A DNA stretch of 33,937 nucleotides from an uncultured Myxococcales bacterium (GCA_964013405.1 CAXGWI010000025.1:1-33937), one strand, 5' to 3'; positions 1 to 9,322 are shown, counted from the first letter of the stretch. A program made the numbers and translations. The notes: generated from the sequence alone by a model not told the origin.

Positions 1-934
1 CCACATTGTAGATGTTGATGAAGCTGTTGAACTCTCGATCGGTGATCGGGCGCCGAAACAGACGGTAGGCGGTGCGGCGTAAATAGGCTTCTGCACAGGA
101 GCGGTTACGACCGCGAGCACAGGCGAAGACCACACCATCCTGGCTGCGATCCTTTTCGAGAATCTTCTCAGCCACATGCCTGGCAGCGCTGGTGTAGCGA
201 TCAAAATCGGCCGCGGATAAGGACAGATCTTGGGTGTTGGGAATCGGCCCGGCGGCACCATCTGGCGGCAAGCGCTGATCGAGGCGATTTTCGTAATAGC
301 CAAGGACGCGGTGCACAACGGATCGATACTGCCACTGAGTCAGTCGAGCGGTCTTCATGGTCGGTAGTTGCTGACTCTGCTCCGCATCGAAGCGGGCCGT
401 CACCGGCGGACTATCACAGACATTGTCGCCCTCATCCACGAAGCTGTCTGGGGACTGCCCCTCCGGTGCGTCAGGACATGCGCCGCCCCGGGCGACGCGC
501 TCGACGAATGCCCGCAACATCTCCAGATTACGGCTGCCCTCCGGCAGGATGATCCCACCACCGTGATCGCCGCCCCCTGTGGGTTTCATGAGCAAGACGG
601 ACTCCCCAGCGATTTCCTTCGCAGCCATGCGTCGGGCGACCGCGAGATTGGCGCCCAACTGGGCGCCTCGCTCCAAGGGCTCCGCGAAGGGATCGACGGG
701 GGAGAGCACCAGTTCGCTGGCCCGGGCGCCAGCGCCCCCTTCCTGATGACAGCCGTAACAGGTGGAGCCCAGGAAAGGCTTCCAGATCGCGTCTTCAAAA
801 AACTCGACGATCGGTGCGCATTCGCCCGAGCCAGGGGGCACCGGTGGGGCCGGTGGTTCCACCTGGGATCCACAGGCTGAAGCGAAGGACACGAGGAGCA
901 CGACAAGGCTCCAAGCTCTGGGGGTCGGTAACAT
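1..934 (-). CDS. Partial DUF1587/DUF1595 (DUF1592-type) cytochrome c lipoprotein; runs off the window start
   Basis: Not in the ORF track (no stop in window). Hand translation from ATG at 934 gives MLPTPRAWSLVVLLVSFASAC (lipobox), CYGCH at 746-760, LLMKPTGGGDHGGG, RLTQWQYRSVV (DUF1587-like) and CAEAYLRRTAYRLFRRPITDREF (DUF1595-like). Confidence 0.8.
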   Translation of the reverse strand, partial: MLPTPRAWSLVVLLVSFASACGSQVEPPAPPVPPGSGECAPIVEFFEDAIWKPFLGSTCYGCHQEGGAGARASELVLSPVDPFAEPLERGAQLGANLAVARRMAAKEIAGESVLLMKPTGGGDHGGGIILPEGSRNLEMLRAFVERVARGGACPDAPEGQSPDSFVDEGDNVCDSPPVTARFDAEQSQQLPTMKTARLTQWQYRSVVHRVLGYYENRLDQRLPPDGAAGPIPNTQDLSLSAADFDRYTSAARHVAEKILEKDRSQDGVVFACARGRNRSCAEAYLRRTAYRLFRRPITDREFNSFINIYNV

Positions 935-1158
935 CGGTGTCCATTTATCATGGGGGCGCCATGCAGACAATCGGCTGTGAGCGGAGGGGGTCCCGCCGCC
1001 AAGAAGGCATCCCAGTCTGCCGGGGGCTCGCCTTGGTAAAAACTGCCCGCTGCGCCGCCTAAAACCCAACTCGGCACAGGTGCGGGCGCCAAGGGGTTCT
1101 CAGAGCCCTGAAATGAGTGCTAAGTCGCCCCCGACGTCCGTAAAGATGGAGAGGACCC

Positions 1159-1686
1159 ATGGAAGAAAGCCCCCCACCAAAACGCAGCACAGCGGAGCAC
1201 TTTGCGGATTTGCGCGCCTCCGTCGACACCATGCGAACCCAAATGATGGATGTGCACGACTACGTGGTCAAAGCACGGCAACGGCTCGACGAAAGCCGCA
1301 AGGAACTAGAACTAAGAATCCAAACAAAGGCGGCTAAGGATGCGGCCAGGGTTATTTTTCTCATTTATTGTACCACCTACAAACATCTAGCAAACCCGGA
1401 AAAGGGCGCTGAGGCCGATGAGCAAACGACCTATCTACATACGCTGCAGGACTTGATTCGAGAAGAACTCCGCAGCATGGGCTGTGACGTGTTAGCCCCT
1501 CAAATCGGCGAGACATTTCAAGCAACATGGATGACGAGCCTGGAAAAGAAACCACTGACACCTGGGGCTCAAGAGGGAACCGTCGCCCTCGTCTATAGCC
1601 CTGCGCTCGTAATTCCTGCTGCGACAAGGGTGATACTCGAGAAGGCCCAAGTCGCCGTCTTTCGCGCTGAGGAGACACAAGCATGA
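1159..1686 (+). CDS. Divergent GrpE-like nucleotide exchange factor
   Basis: Long N-terminal helix, then LRSMGCDVLAPQIGETF...GTVALVYSPALV...RVILEKAQVAV, which follows the GrpE C-terminal pattern. GAGGA RBS upstream and ATGA overlap with the Hsp70 gene. Confidence 0.75.
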   Translation: MEESPPPKRSTAEHFADLRASVDTMRTQMMDVHDYVVKARQRLDESRKELELRIQTKAAKDAARVIFLIYCTTYKHLANPEKGAEADEQTTYLHTLQDLIREELRSMGCDVLAPQIGETFQATWMTSLEKKPLTPGAQEGTVALVYSPALVIPAATRVILEKAQVAVFRAEETQA

Positions 1687-3233
1687 CACAACCCCCCGTT
1701 GGCATCGACCTGGGCACAACCTTTTCGGCCCTCTCCATCATCAACCCGGCCGGACGGCCGGAAATCGTTCCCAATATCGATGGTGAACGCACCACAGCCT
1801 CGGCGATCTTTTTCGCCCCTGGCGGGGGCGTCATCGTCGGCCAAGAAGCGGTGGATTCCGCGGCAGCCTACCCGGACCGTGTGGTCCGCTGGGTGAAACG
1901 GAAAATGGGCGATCCGGATTGGCGCTTCGAACTGGATGGTCAGTCCTATTCAGCCGTTCAACTCAGCGCGATGATCCTCAAGAAGCTCAAGACGGACTCG
2001 GAACGGGCGACGGGCCCCATCAAGTCGGTGGTGATCACCGTCCCCGCCTACTTCGACGAAGTTCGGCGGCAAGCCACCATGGAAGCGGCCAAGCTCGCCG
2101 GCTTGGAACCCTTACGCATCATCAATGAGCCCACGTCGGCGGCCCTCGCTTATGCCCAGTCCGGTCATCCGGCCGGCAAACTGCTCGTCTACGACTTGGG
2201 CGGCGGCACCTTCGATGTCTCGCTGGTCAATGTGGAGGATGAAAAAACAGTCTCGGTGATCGGCAGTGATGGCGAGCACGAGCTGGGAGGTCACGACTTC
2301 GATCTGGCTTTAGCCAAGCACCTCCTAACCGCGGCCTCGGAGCAACTCGGCTCGGAGATGAATCCGGAGGACAACCCAGCCGATTGGTTCAATCTGGTCC
2401 GCAACGCCGAACAAATTAAGCGCAGGCTCTCGAAACGAGAAGAAGTGCGGGCAAGCGTCCAGTGGCGCGGCCGCCTCGCCACTGTGCCCGTCACGCGGGC
2501 GGATTTTGAAGGTCTCATCGAGAAGCAACTCTACCAGACGAGGCTGCAGACCGAGAGCGTGATCGAAGAAGCGGACATGGAGCCGGAAGACGTTGCGAAC
2601 GTCCTGGTGGTCGGTGGTAGTACGCGAATCCCCAAGATCCAGGAGCTCTTACGTAAGCTCTTCGGTAAGGATCCCATCGATACCATCAACGTGGACGAGG
2701 CCATCGCCTGTGGCGCCGCGATTCAAGCCGGAATCATCATGGTCGATGAGGGCATGATCGAGCCAGTTGGCGCCATCGCAAACCAACTCAAGGATGCCCG
2801 AATCACCGATGTCTCGCCCCACAGCTTTGGGACCATCGTGCTGTCTAACTTCCACGGTGCCTCCCAGCTTCGGAATGACATTCTGATCCGGCGCAACACG
2901 CCCCTCCCAGCTAAACGGACGGAGACCTATTACACCGTGCAGGCGGACCAACGGTCGCTGGCTTGCAAGGTCACCCAAGGCGAAGATGAGGATCCGGAGT
3001 TCGTGAAGATTCTGAGTGAGGAGCCGCTGGAATTACCGCCGGGCCTCCCAGACTCCAGCCCCATCGAGGTCTCCTTCGCCTATGATCTCAACGGCATGCT
3101 CGCCTGCAGCTTTCTCGAGCCCGGCAGCAACAACCAACGGGATATTCGCCTGGAGGTCCTGCCGAGTCGTAGCCAAAGCGCGAAGACCGATGACCTCGAC
3201 GAAGCCGACTTCGACGATCTCGTGATCGAATAA
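1683..3233 (+). CDS. Hsp70 family protein (non-canonical DnaK paralog, 516 aa)
   Basis: Motifs GIDLGTT, VITVPAYF, IINEPTSAALAY, VYDLGGGTFDVS, VVGGSTRIP and DEAIACGAA. Beta substrate-binding domain present, helical lid apparently absent. Confidence 0.95.
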   Translation: MTQPPVGIDLGTTFSALSIINPAGRPEIVPNIDGERTTASAIFFAPGGGVIVGQEAVDSAAAYPDRVVRWVKRKMGDPDWRFELDGQSYSAVQLSAMILKKLKTDSERATGPIKSVVITVPAYFDEVRRQATMEAAKLAGLEPLRIINEPTSAALAYAQSGHPAGKLLVYDLGGGTFDVSLVNVEDEKTVSVIGSDGEHELGGHDFDLALAKHLLTAASEQLGSEMNPEDNPADWFNLVRNAEQIKRRLSKREEVRASVQWRGRLATVPVTRADFEGLIEKQLYQTRLQTESVIEEADMEPEDVANVLVVGGSTRIPKIQELLRKLFGKDPIDTINVDEAIACGAAIQAGIIMVDEGMIEPVGAIANQLKDARITDVSPHSFGTIVLSNFHGASQLRNDILIRRNTPLPAKRTETYYTVQADQRSLACKVTQGEDEDPEFVKILSEEPLELPPGLPDSSPIEVSFAYDLNGMLACSFLEPGSNNQRDIRLEVLPSRSQSAKTDDLDEADFDDLVIE

Positions 3234-3246
3234 GGGAGCGCCGTTC

Positions 3247-4443
3247 ATGCCTGAGCCCCAGAATCCCGAGGTCCTGCTCGCAGGCTTCGAGATCTTTATC
3301 GGCATTTGGCTGCTGTTCATGTTTCTGCGTTTTCTCGCCAGCCTCGGCGAAGACGACAACGCAGGTGGCGGGAGCTTCCAGCCTTTTCACATCACCATCG
3401 ATCCTTCCGATCTGGAGCTTGAGAGCGGCGAAACCCTCAAGGTCCGCAATGTGAAAGCCCATGGTCAGATCACCGTGCCTCGAGACCAAACGCCCTGCCT
3501 CTTCCGGGTCGGCGTTTTGGACGAGACGGAGGGTTCCGGCTTCCCCGTCCTCTGCCACGTGGAAGCCCTACGCAATGAACATGGCTTCTTCTATTACGAG
3601 GAGAGCCTGACCATCCCCCACCAGCAGAGCATCATCGAGGACTACCCCATCGTCATCGTTCCCACCGAGGCCCTCATCGCGCCCCGGCGCGGTCGGCGGC
3701 GCCTGCAGGTCTGGACCATCCTCTGCTCCGCCGATGGCAACGAGACAGTCTATGCCCATGCCACCCAAACCTTCACCTTCAATCAGGACACATACGGCTT
3801 TCTCGAACTGAGCGTTCGAGATCGGGAAGTGGACAAAGCCGTCGCTGAACTCGGCCTCGCCGTTTGTGCCTCCGATGGGCACATCGACCGGCGGGAAATC
3901 GCCGTCATGAAGGATTTCCTCGCGGAACGCTTGGCCAGTGATGAGGAAGAAGACGAGGAGCGTAAGGAAGAGTTAAACCAAGCGATGAAGTTGGAACTTA
4001 AGCGGGTAAAAGAGCGACTCGCTGCAGGCCAACCCATCGAGATTGAGCGCCCCTGCGAAACCCTCAGGAGCCAGGAGAACCCGGCCCTGCTACAAGTGGT
4101 CTATGAACTCTGCTTACGGATCGTCGCCGCCGATGGCGTCGTCGATGAGGGCGAGCAGCGGGCCTTGAAAAAGATTTCCGCCAAACTTGGCCTCGACCCG
4201 GAACTGGAGCGTGCGCTGCGGGATCGACATCTGCGCTTGAGCATGTTCGACGATAACAACGCAGACCAAGCGATCATTCTGCCCGCGGGTGCCACACTCA
4301 AGCAGAAGCGTAAGCTCCTCAAGGCCGAATACAAGAAGTGGAAGCGGCGGGTCACGAGCAATGATCCCGAGGTGGCCAAAGAGGCAGAAGAACGCATCGA
4401 GATGATTACCAGCATGTTGCACGAGCTCGACCAGCAGGGATGA
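3247..4443 (+). CDS. Membrane-anchored TerB-domain protein with C-terminal J-like helices (DjlA-like)
   Basis: N-terminal TM segment, TerB motifs AVCASDGHIDRRE and IVAADGVVDEGE, and tail KRKLLKAEYKKWKRRVTSNDPEVAKEAEERIEMI. GGGAG RBS. Confidence 0.8.
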   Translation: MPEPQNPEVLLAGFEIFIGIWLLFMFLRFLASLGEDDNAGGGSFQPFHITIDPSDLELESGETLKVRNVKAHGQITVPRDQTPCLFRVGVLDETEGSGFPVLCHVEALRNEHGFFYYEESLTIPHQQSIIEDYPIVIVPTEALIAPRRGRRRLQVWTILCSADGNETVYAHATQTFTFNQDTYGFLELSVRDREVDKAVAELGLAVCASDGHIDRREIAVMKDFLAERLASDEEEDEERKEELNQAMKLELKRVKERLAAGQPIEIERPCETLRSQENPALLQVVYELCLRIVAADGVVDEGEQRALKKISAKLGLDPELERALRDRHLRLSMFDDNNADQAIILPAGATLKQKRKLLKAEYKKWKRRVTSNDPEVAKEAEERIEMITSMLHELDQQG

Positions 4444-5543
4444 GCGATATCGCGGCACTGCGGCAACTCTGCCTGTCTATTCATTTTCCCGATGATGGCG
4501 CCGCGCAAATCGACTTCAACCGGCCTCAAGGCAGCCAGTCCGCCAGTTACTTCCTGAGTCGAGGTCTCACGGTCAGCCCCGAACTAACCCCTGAATTGCA
4601 TCGGTCGGTCCGGCGGGTTGCGGAGCGACTGCGCCTCGATGAAACACCCCCATGTGTCATTCTCAATGACCCCACACCCAACGCGTTTGCGGTCCCTTGC
4701 CGGGATCGCCAACTGGTCTTCGCGCTCACCAGTGGGCTGGTCCGTCTTCTGTCCACAGCCGAGTTGGAGTTCGTTATCGCCCATGAACTGGGTCATCACG
4801 GATTGGGCTTTGGCAGTCACCGGGAGCCCAAAACGCCCCACGCAACTCGGGCAGCGCTGGCTAAATCCCGGGCGGTTGAGCTCTCCGCAGACCGGGCGGG
4901 CCTCGTCGGCTGTCGCAGCCTTATGGCCGCCGCCAGTGCGTTGATCAAACAGGAGTGTGGGCTCAGTGACAGCCACGTCCGCTTCGACATTCCAGCCTAC
5001 GTGCGACAGATTCAGGCGACGAAAATCCCCGAGGCGGGACTCACTTGGGAATTGGAAGAAACCCATCCACCCATCCCCTTGAGAGTCCATTCCCTCATCC
5101 TGTTCGCGGAAACCGACCGCTACCTCGAGGTCAGCGGCTCTCCGGGCCAAGGACGCTCCAAACGAAGTGTAGACGACGAGTTACGCCAAGTCCTGGCCGA
5201 CCGTGGTGGCGCGGAAAACCGCCGACTTCACAGCAAGCAAGTCACCTTCGCTTTAGCCTGGCTCGTCGCCACGGGCGGCATCGACCAAACACAGGAGGTC
5301 GCCGGCGAAGACGGTGAGGATGTGGCGCAAAAAGCCCGAGACTACATCAGCAATTTCGGCCCGGAGTCCGGCCCTCGCAAGGTGGAAGAATCCCTCCGCA
5401 ACCTGGTTGATCTTGGCCTGGGGCCGGTTCGAACCTTCTTCGATGAACTCGAGACCCGCGGTCAAACCGCCAGCCTGCGCCAGTCAACGATCTGGCAGCA
5501 GCTCCCAAGCGACCTACGGCAGGCCCTCGACGATGGGCGCTGA
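4440..5543 (+). CDS. M48 family zinc metallopeptidase
   Basis: PNAFA, FVIAHELGH (HExxH), ELSADRAG and ETHP motifs. ATGA overlap with the upstream gene. Confidence 0.9.
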   Translation: MSDIAALRQLCLSIHFPDDGAAQIDFNRPQGSQSASYFLSRGLTVSPELTPELHRSVRRVAERLRLDETPPCVILNDPTPNAFAVPCRDRQLVFALTSGLVRLLSTAELEFVIAHELGHHGLGFGSHREPKTPHATRAALAKSRAVELSADRAGLVGCRSLMAAASALIKQECGLSDSHVRFDIPAYVRQIQATKIPEAGLTWELEETHPPIPLRVHSLILFAETDRYLEVSGSPGQGRSKRSVDDELRQVLADRGGAENRRLHSKQVTFALAWLVATGGIDQTQEVAGEDGEDVAQKARDYISNFGPESGPRKVEESLRNLVDLGLGPVRTFFDELETRGQTASLRQSTIWQQLPSDLRQALDDGR

Positions 5544-5564
5544 GTGTGAGGACAGGCTCAGGCT

Positions 5565-6674
5565 TTAAAGCCCGGTCAAAGCCACCTGACTCTTATGGGT
5601 CATCGATCCCATGCCCCCCATGCTGGTCTCTGTGTCCATCGTGCCCTTGAGACTGACCAGCCGGCCCATCTTGGGATCGAAGATGAGATCGAACTGACCG
5701 TTCACCTTCATCATCGGTGCCTTGCCACCCATGGTCGGCATGCCATCGCCTTCATCGCCACCCATGTCGTCCATGCCACCCATGCCGCCCATCATACCAC
5801 CCATGTCCATCCCGAAGCCGCCGCCCTCGTCACTTTCCACCGAGGCCTTGCCGCTCAGGTCCGGCTGATCGCCCTCCGTCCCCACAGTCGATGCGATGCG
5901 TAGTTTGCCCCCCGGCGCACCATGGACTTCTAAGCCCATGGTGTAATTGGCGATCTTGGCCTTGGTCTTGCTGCCCACGGAAACCGCGCCGTCGGGCAGC
6001 CGAAGCATCTCGAGAAAGCCCGTGGGAAGCAGGTCCACCTTCTTGGCATCTCTGCGCACAGCCACCTTTTTCTTTTTCGCCGGTGGCTCCGCCATTTTCT
6101 CGATCTTGTAGCCGCCCTTCATCGTGCCCGTCTTCGGATCAAACTCCGCGTAAACACTGACCTTCTCCCCATCCATTTGGGCCGATGCAGAAGCCCCGTT
6201 GGGGCCGACTTTAGCGCTGACCAACTGGCTGGTGCCAGACTTCTCATCCATCAGGATGTAGACCACCTCTTTAAAGGTAAAACGTCCTTTGGGGTCCACA
6301 TCCACCGACTGCTTCAAGGCTTTTGGCGGTAACTTATCGATGCCTGCGAGCCTGCGCCCCTTGGGGTCCGTGACTTTGAAGGATTCGATATGCAACACAG
6401 CTTCGGCGGTTCCATCGGCCCGGACTCGCTGCACTTGAAGGCCAAAGACGGTCTCCATCCGAGTGGTCATTCCGCCACCTGCGTTCATGCCCCCCATCAT
6501 CGCGCCCATACCCCCCATGCCGCTGACCTTCAGACTCACGGTATCATCGGAGACCACCCGGAAGCGCTGGGTTTGCCCGGCTTGCCAGCGATAACGGAGT
6601 TCCGCCGCCTGGCTTAAGGACGGCACCAACAAAGCGAAGGACAAAACGAAGAGAGAAAAAGCATTCATCATCAT
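5565..6674 (-). CDS. Secreted hypothetical protein with Gly/Met-rich loops
   Basis: Signal peptide (FSLFVLSFALLVPSLSQA), beta-rich body starting ELRYRWQAGQT, two GMGGM-rich tracts. Start placed at the first ATG of ATGATGATG. Confidence 0.8.
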   Translation of the reverse strand: MMMNAFSLFVLSFALLVPSLSQAAELRYRWQAGQTQRFRVVSDDTVSLKVSGMGGMGAMMGGMNAGGGMTTRMETVFGLQVQRVRADGTAEAVLHIESFKVTDPKGRRLAGIDKLPPKALKQSVDVDPKGRFTFKEVVYILMDEKSGTSQLVSAKVGPNGASASAQMDGEKVSVYAEFDPKTGTMKGGYKIEKMAEPPAKKKKVAVRRDAKKVDLLPTGFLEMLRLPDGAVSVGSKTKAKIANYTMGLEVHGAPGGKLRIASTVGTEGDQPDLSGKASVESDEGGGFGMDMGGMMGGMGGMDDMGGDEGDGMPTMGGKAPMMKVNGQFDLIFDPKMGRLVSLKGTMDTETSMGGMGSMTHKSQVALTGL

Positions 6675-6907
6675 GGCAGAGGACTCCAACACGAGCAGGT
6701 ATGAGGGCCCCTCGTTGAAGTGAAGTTACGGGCTGACGGCGGCGGGAATCAATCCCCCGCTTTTGCTCTCGTTTTATACGGCGGCAACGGGCCTGCTAAT
6801 CACTGACGGCTGGACCAACTTATGGCGACAGGAAAGCATCATTCAACCGCTGCGCAACGAGACGGAGCCGAGCAAAATATGCTAGCAACATCGGGAATGG
6901 AGCCAGC

Positions 6908-7135
6908 ATGCTTTACTACATCCTCGCTTTCGTCCTCGGCGCAATCATCAGTGGACTCATCGTCTACATTTTTAAAGAGCAACAGCTAAAAGAGCTTGAA
7001 ATCGAGGCCATGCAGGCGGTTCAGGCAGCTTATGACCGCGGCCTTGCTGACGCCAAGGAAGCCGAAGAGCCCGGATTCGGCGAAATTCTCAACGGTGTGG
7101 GCAGCGTGGCGACAATTATCGGTCTACTCGGTTAG
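6908..7135 (+). CDS. Small membrane protein (75 aa)
   Basis: GGAG RBS before the ATG, hydrophobic N-terminus, helical middle and hydrophobic Gly-rich C-terminus. Confidence 0.7.
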   Translation: MLYYILAFVLGAIISGLIVYIFKEQQLKELEIEAMQAVQAAYDRGLADAKEAEEPGFGEILNGVGSVATIIGLLG

Positions 7136-7144
7136 GCTGCCTCC

Positions 7145-7696
7145 CTAAAACGCCCAACCAATCTCCGTGTTCAACCAGCCCTGAGTTGCGGGGCTGAAGT
7201 CAGAACCGGGCCGATCATAGAAAAACACCGTCCATCCAAATCCATAGGCCCAACCCCCAAGGGTCTGCCAATGGAAACCCAGGTCTGCGTCGACAATGAG
7301 GCTCTCCATCTGTCGACGACGAAAGCCGTCAACCAGATAATGAAGGTTTGAGCCCGCATAGGGGCTGAAGAGCCCCGTGCGAAAATAGCGCCGAACACCC
7401 AGAGTGTAAGCAGCCCCCTGGACACATTCCGGGGCTTGAATCCCACAGCCTGTGACCACCGCACTGCCCCACTGAGCCGCCACTTCGTTGCGAGCATCGC
7501 CCAGTCGCTTGGACAGCCGTAAGCCCCCCAATAAGAACCAGTTGCTGCGGTAACTGATACCGAGAGACTGTTGCAGTCTGCGGGCTTCGCCCCCATCGGC
7601 CGCAGTGTCACCACGTGCAACCTCCAGGCTTTCGGCTTGCGCCATCGCTGGGCTGAACAGCAGCCCGACCACCGCACATCGTATCCAAAAGTTCAC
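7145..7696 (-). CDS. Putative small outer-membrane beta-barrel protein
   Basis: Start re-placed at GTG 7696 (AGAAAGGGG upstream), giving a signal peptide ending AMAQA. Alternating strands (YTLGVRRYF, SPYAG) and C-terminus EIGWAF. Confidence 0.7.
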   Translation of the reverse strand: MNFWIRCAVVGLLFSPAMAQAESLEVARGDTAADGGEARRLQQSLGISYRSNWFLLGGLRLSKRLGDARNEVAAQWGSAVVTGCGIQAPECVQGAAYTLGVRRYFRTGLFSPYAGSNLHYLVDGFRRRQMESLIVDADLGFHWQTLGGWAYGFGWTVFFYDRPGSDFSPATQGWLNTEIGWAF

Positions 7697-7731
7697 GCCG
7701 CAGCCCCTTTCTTGAGTCGCTTGGGAGCACC

Positions 7732-8112
7732 CTAATGGCTCCCTGGGTATCGCCGCCCACTCTTGCAGAGATAACGGAGGTCCCGGTTGCGAACCGAGCC
7801 ACACTGAGCCTTGCCGTAGTAGCGAAGGTCGCTGGAGCGAACCGATCCGTAGTTCGCCTTGCAATAATAGCGGAGATCTCGATTGCGAATGGAGCCACAA
7901 TTCGACTTACCATAGTAACGCAGATCGTGATTCCGGATCGAGCCGTAGTTCCCTTTGCAAAAATAACGCAGATCGCTGTTGCGGATCGAGCCGCACTGAC
8001 TCTTGCAGTAGGCCCGAAGGTCATGATTGCGAATGCTGCCGCAGCTCGCCTCGGCCGGGGCTGAAACCAGCCAGACCGTCCCAAAAGTCAGAACCAGACT
8101 CAAAGACTTCAT
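7732..8112 (-). CDS. Small secreted protein of six 16-aa Cys-containing repeats
   Basis: Signal peptide MKSLSLVLTFGTVWLVSAPAEA followed by six units of consensus xCGSIRNxDLRYYCKx. Confidence 0.85.
   Translation of the reverse strand: MKSLSLVLTFGTVWLVSAPAEASCGSIRNHDLRAYCKSQCGSIRNSDLRYFCKGNYGSIRNHDLRYYGKSNCGSIRNRDLRYYCKANYGSVRSSDLRYYGKAQCGSVRNRDLRYLCKSGRRYPGSH
7759..8046 (-). repeat. Intragenic tandem repeat, 6 x 48 nt, degenerate
   Basis: Six contiguous in-frame 16-codon units with no spacers. Confidence 0.85.
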
Positions 8113-8192
8113 TTCCCTATGCTCCCAAGACATCCATAGCGAGGCGCCCAGCGGTGCCCAAGCCGATCATGACCCATCCCCAAGCCCGCCAC

Positions 8193-9173
8193 TTAGGGCT
8201 GCTCAACGAAGCAGTACAGCCCCCCATAACCACCGCTGCAACCGATGCAATTCCCCTCACCGGCTCCATTCTGCAGGAGATTGGCCCCCTTACCACAGCC
8301 CCGAAGTGCGTGATCGCTCAACCACTGCTCTCCACCCCGGGCACCACCCCCCACCGCGCGCCGGGGAAAACTGTGCCCGCAGTAAAGTTGGGTCGGCGAC
8401 GGCTCGCGCCCACCACCAGCAGAGGCGGCCACTGAGCCATCGGAGCTGGTCCAGTCGTGACAGGTACTCTCGGGATTCGTGCTCCGCAGTCGACCTTCCT
8501 GATCACTACCGGTGGGGATGTCATGGGAATCACCGATGGCCGAGAGCGGAACGCCGCACTCGTCGGGCAAATCGGAGGTGGAGGCCGCATCACCATCGGG
8601 TCGACTCCCTAACAGCCCTTCGATCCCGGTGGCCACCAAACGCCCGTTGGCGTCGTACCAAGGACCTTCGCCGATGCGATCGATGGCGTGGACCGGATTC
8701 CCCTGTCCATCGTCGGTCGCGCTCAACATGGCTCGCCAGCGTTTGTGACCATGACCGGTGGCGATACCGATCAACTGACAGATCGAATCGGCTCCCTCGA
8801 GCCCCTGAAAGTCACCGCCAAAACCGCCAGACCAATCATCGGGTGCCGAGTTGGAGAGCGCCCAAATCGCGCCCATGCTGGTGACGAAGAAGCTGAACTC
8901 CTCGGGCTGCCCTTGGCACCACTGCACGAGCCGACCGGGAAAGGTCTTCGTCGGCTGGATGATCTGCACTGCGGCGCAAGTACAGGCTTGCCATGTCTGA
9001 CCATCGTCGGCGCAGGTTCTCGCGCCGGAGTCACCGTTCTCACAATTGCAGGCTTGGGTTGCGCCCGGATCGCAGCCTTCGAGGCCGCCGCCTTGGGGGC
9101 TAGGCTCGGGGGCACAGGCCACCATCAACAAGCCCGTCATCAGCCCCAAGGCAGCCTTTGTCCAAATCCTCAT
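8193..9173 (-). CDS. Lipoprotein with endostatin-like (DUF1554-like) domain
   Basis: Start at MRIWTK with AAAGGA RBS, lipobox LMVAC, short Cys-rich module, then FFVTS...GDFQGLEGADSICQ...WRAMLS...DRIGEGPWY...TGSDQEG...TCHDWTS...LYCF. Confidence 0.8.
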   Translation of the reverse strand: MRIWTKAALGLMTGLLMVACAPEPSPQGGGLEGCDPGATQACNCENGDSGARTCADDGQTWQACTCAAVQIIQPTKTFPGRLVQWCQGQPEEFSFFVTSMGAIWALSNSAPDDWSGGFGGDFQGLEGADSICQLIGIATGHGHKRWRAMLSATDDGQGNPVHAIDRIGEGPWYDANGRLVATGIEGLLGSRPDGDAASTSDLPDECGVPLSAIGDSHDIPTGSDQEGRLRSTNPESTCHDWTSSDGSVAASAGGGREPSPTQLYCGHSFPRRAVGGGARGGEQWLSDHALRGCGKGANLLQNGAGEGNCIGCSGGYGGLYCFVEQP

Positions 9174-9322
9174 GGTCTGTCCTTTCGTTCTTGGCGACTC
9201 GACGCCCGAAGCGGTGCTGTCCACCCTCAAATTATCGACCGGACTGCATGCCAAAGAAGCCATGGCGCCCGGCGAGACGCTTAGCACAGCTGAAGGCGCT
9301 CAGGTGCTCCCATCGCCGCCGA

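Noticed and set aside
368..1092. ORF-track calls 368-880, 586-1092, 762-980 and 814-1062
   Set aside because: They overlap the better-supported minus-strand cytochrome lipoprotein frame starting at 934.
1683..3233. Naming the Hsp70 dnaK, hscA or hscC
   Set aside because: It is short, lid-less and has an atypical linker, with no canonical dnaJ or isc context, so orthology is unsupported.
6742..6764. GCGGG...CCCGC followed by TTTT as an intrinsic terminator
   Set aside because: Weak stem located between divergent gene starts, with no plus-strand gene upstream to terminate.
7759..8046. 48-nt periodicity as a CRISPR array
   Set aside because: Units are contiguous, in frame, vary like codons and have no unique spacers. 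No cas genes are present.
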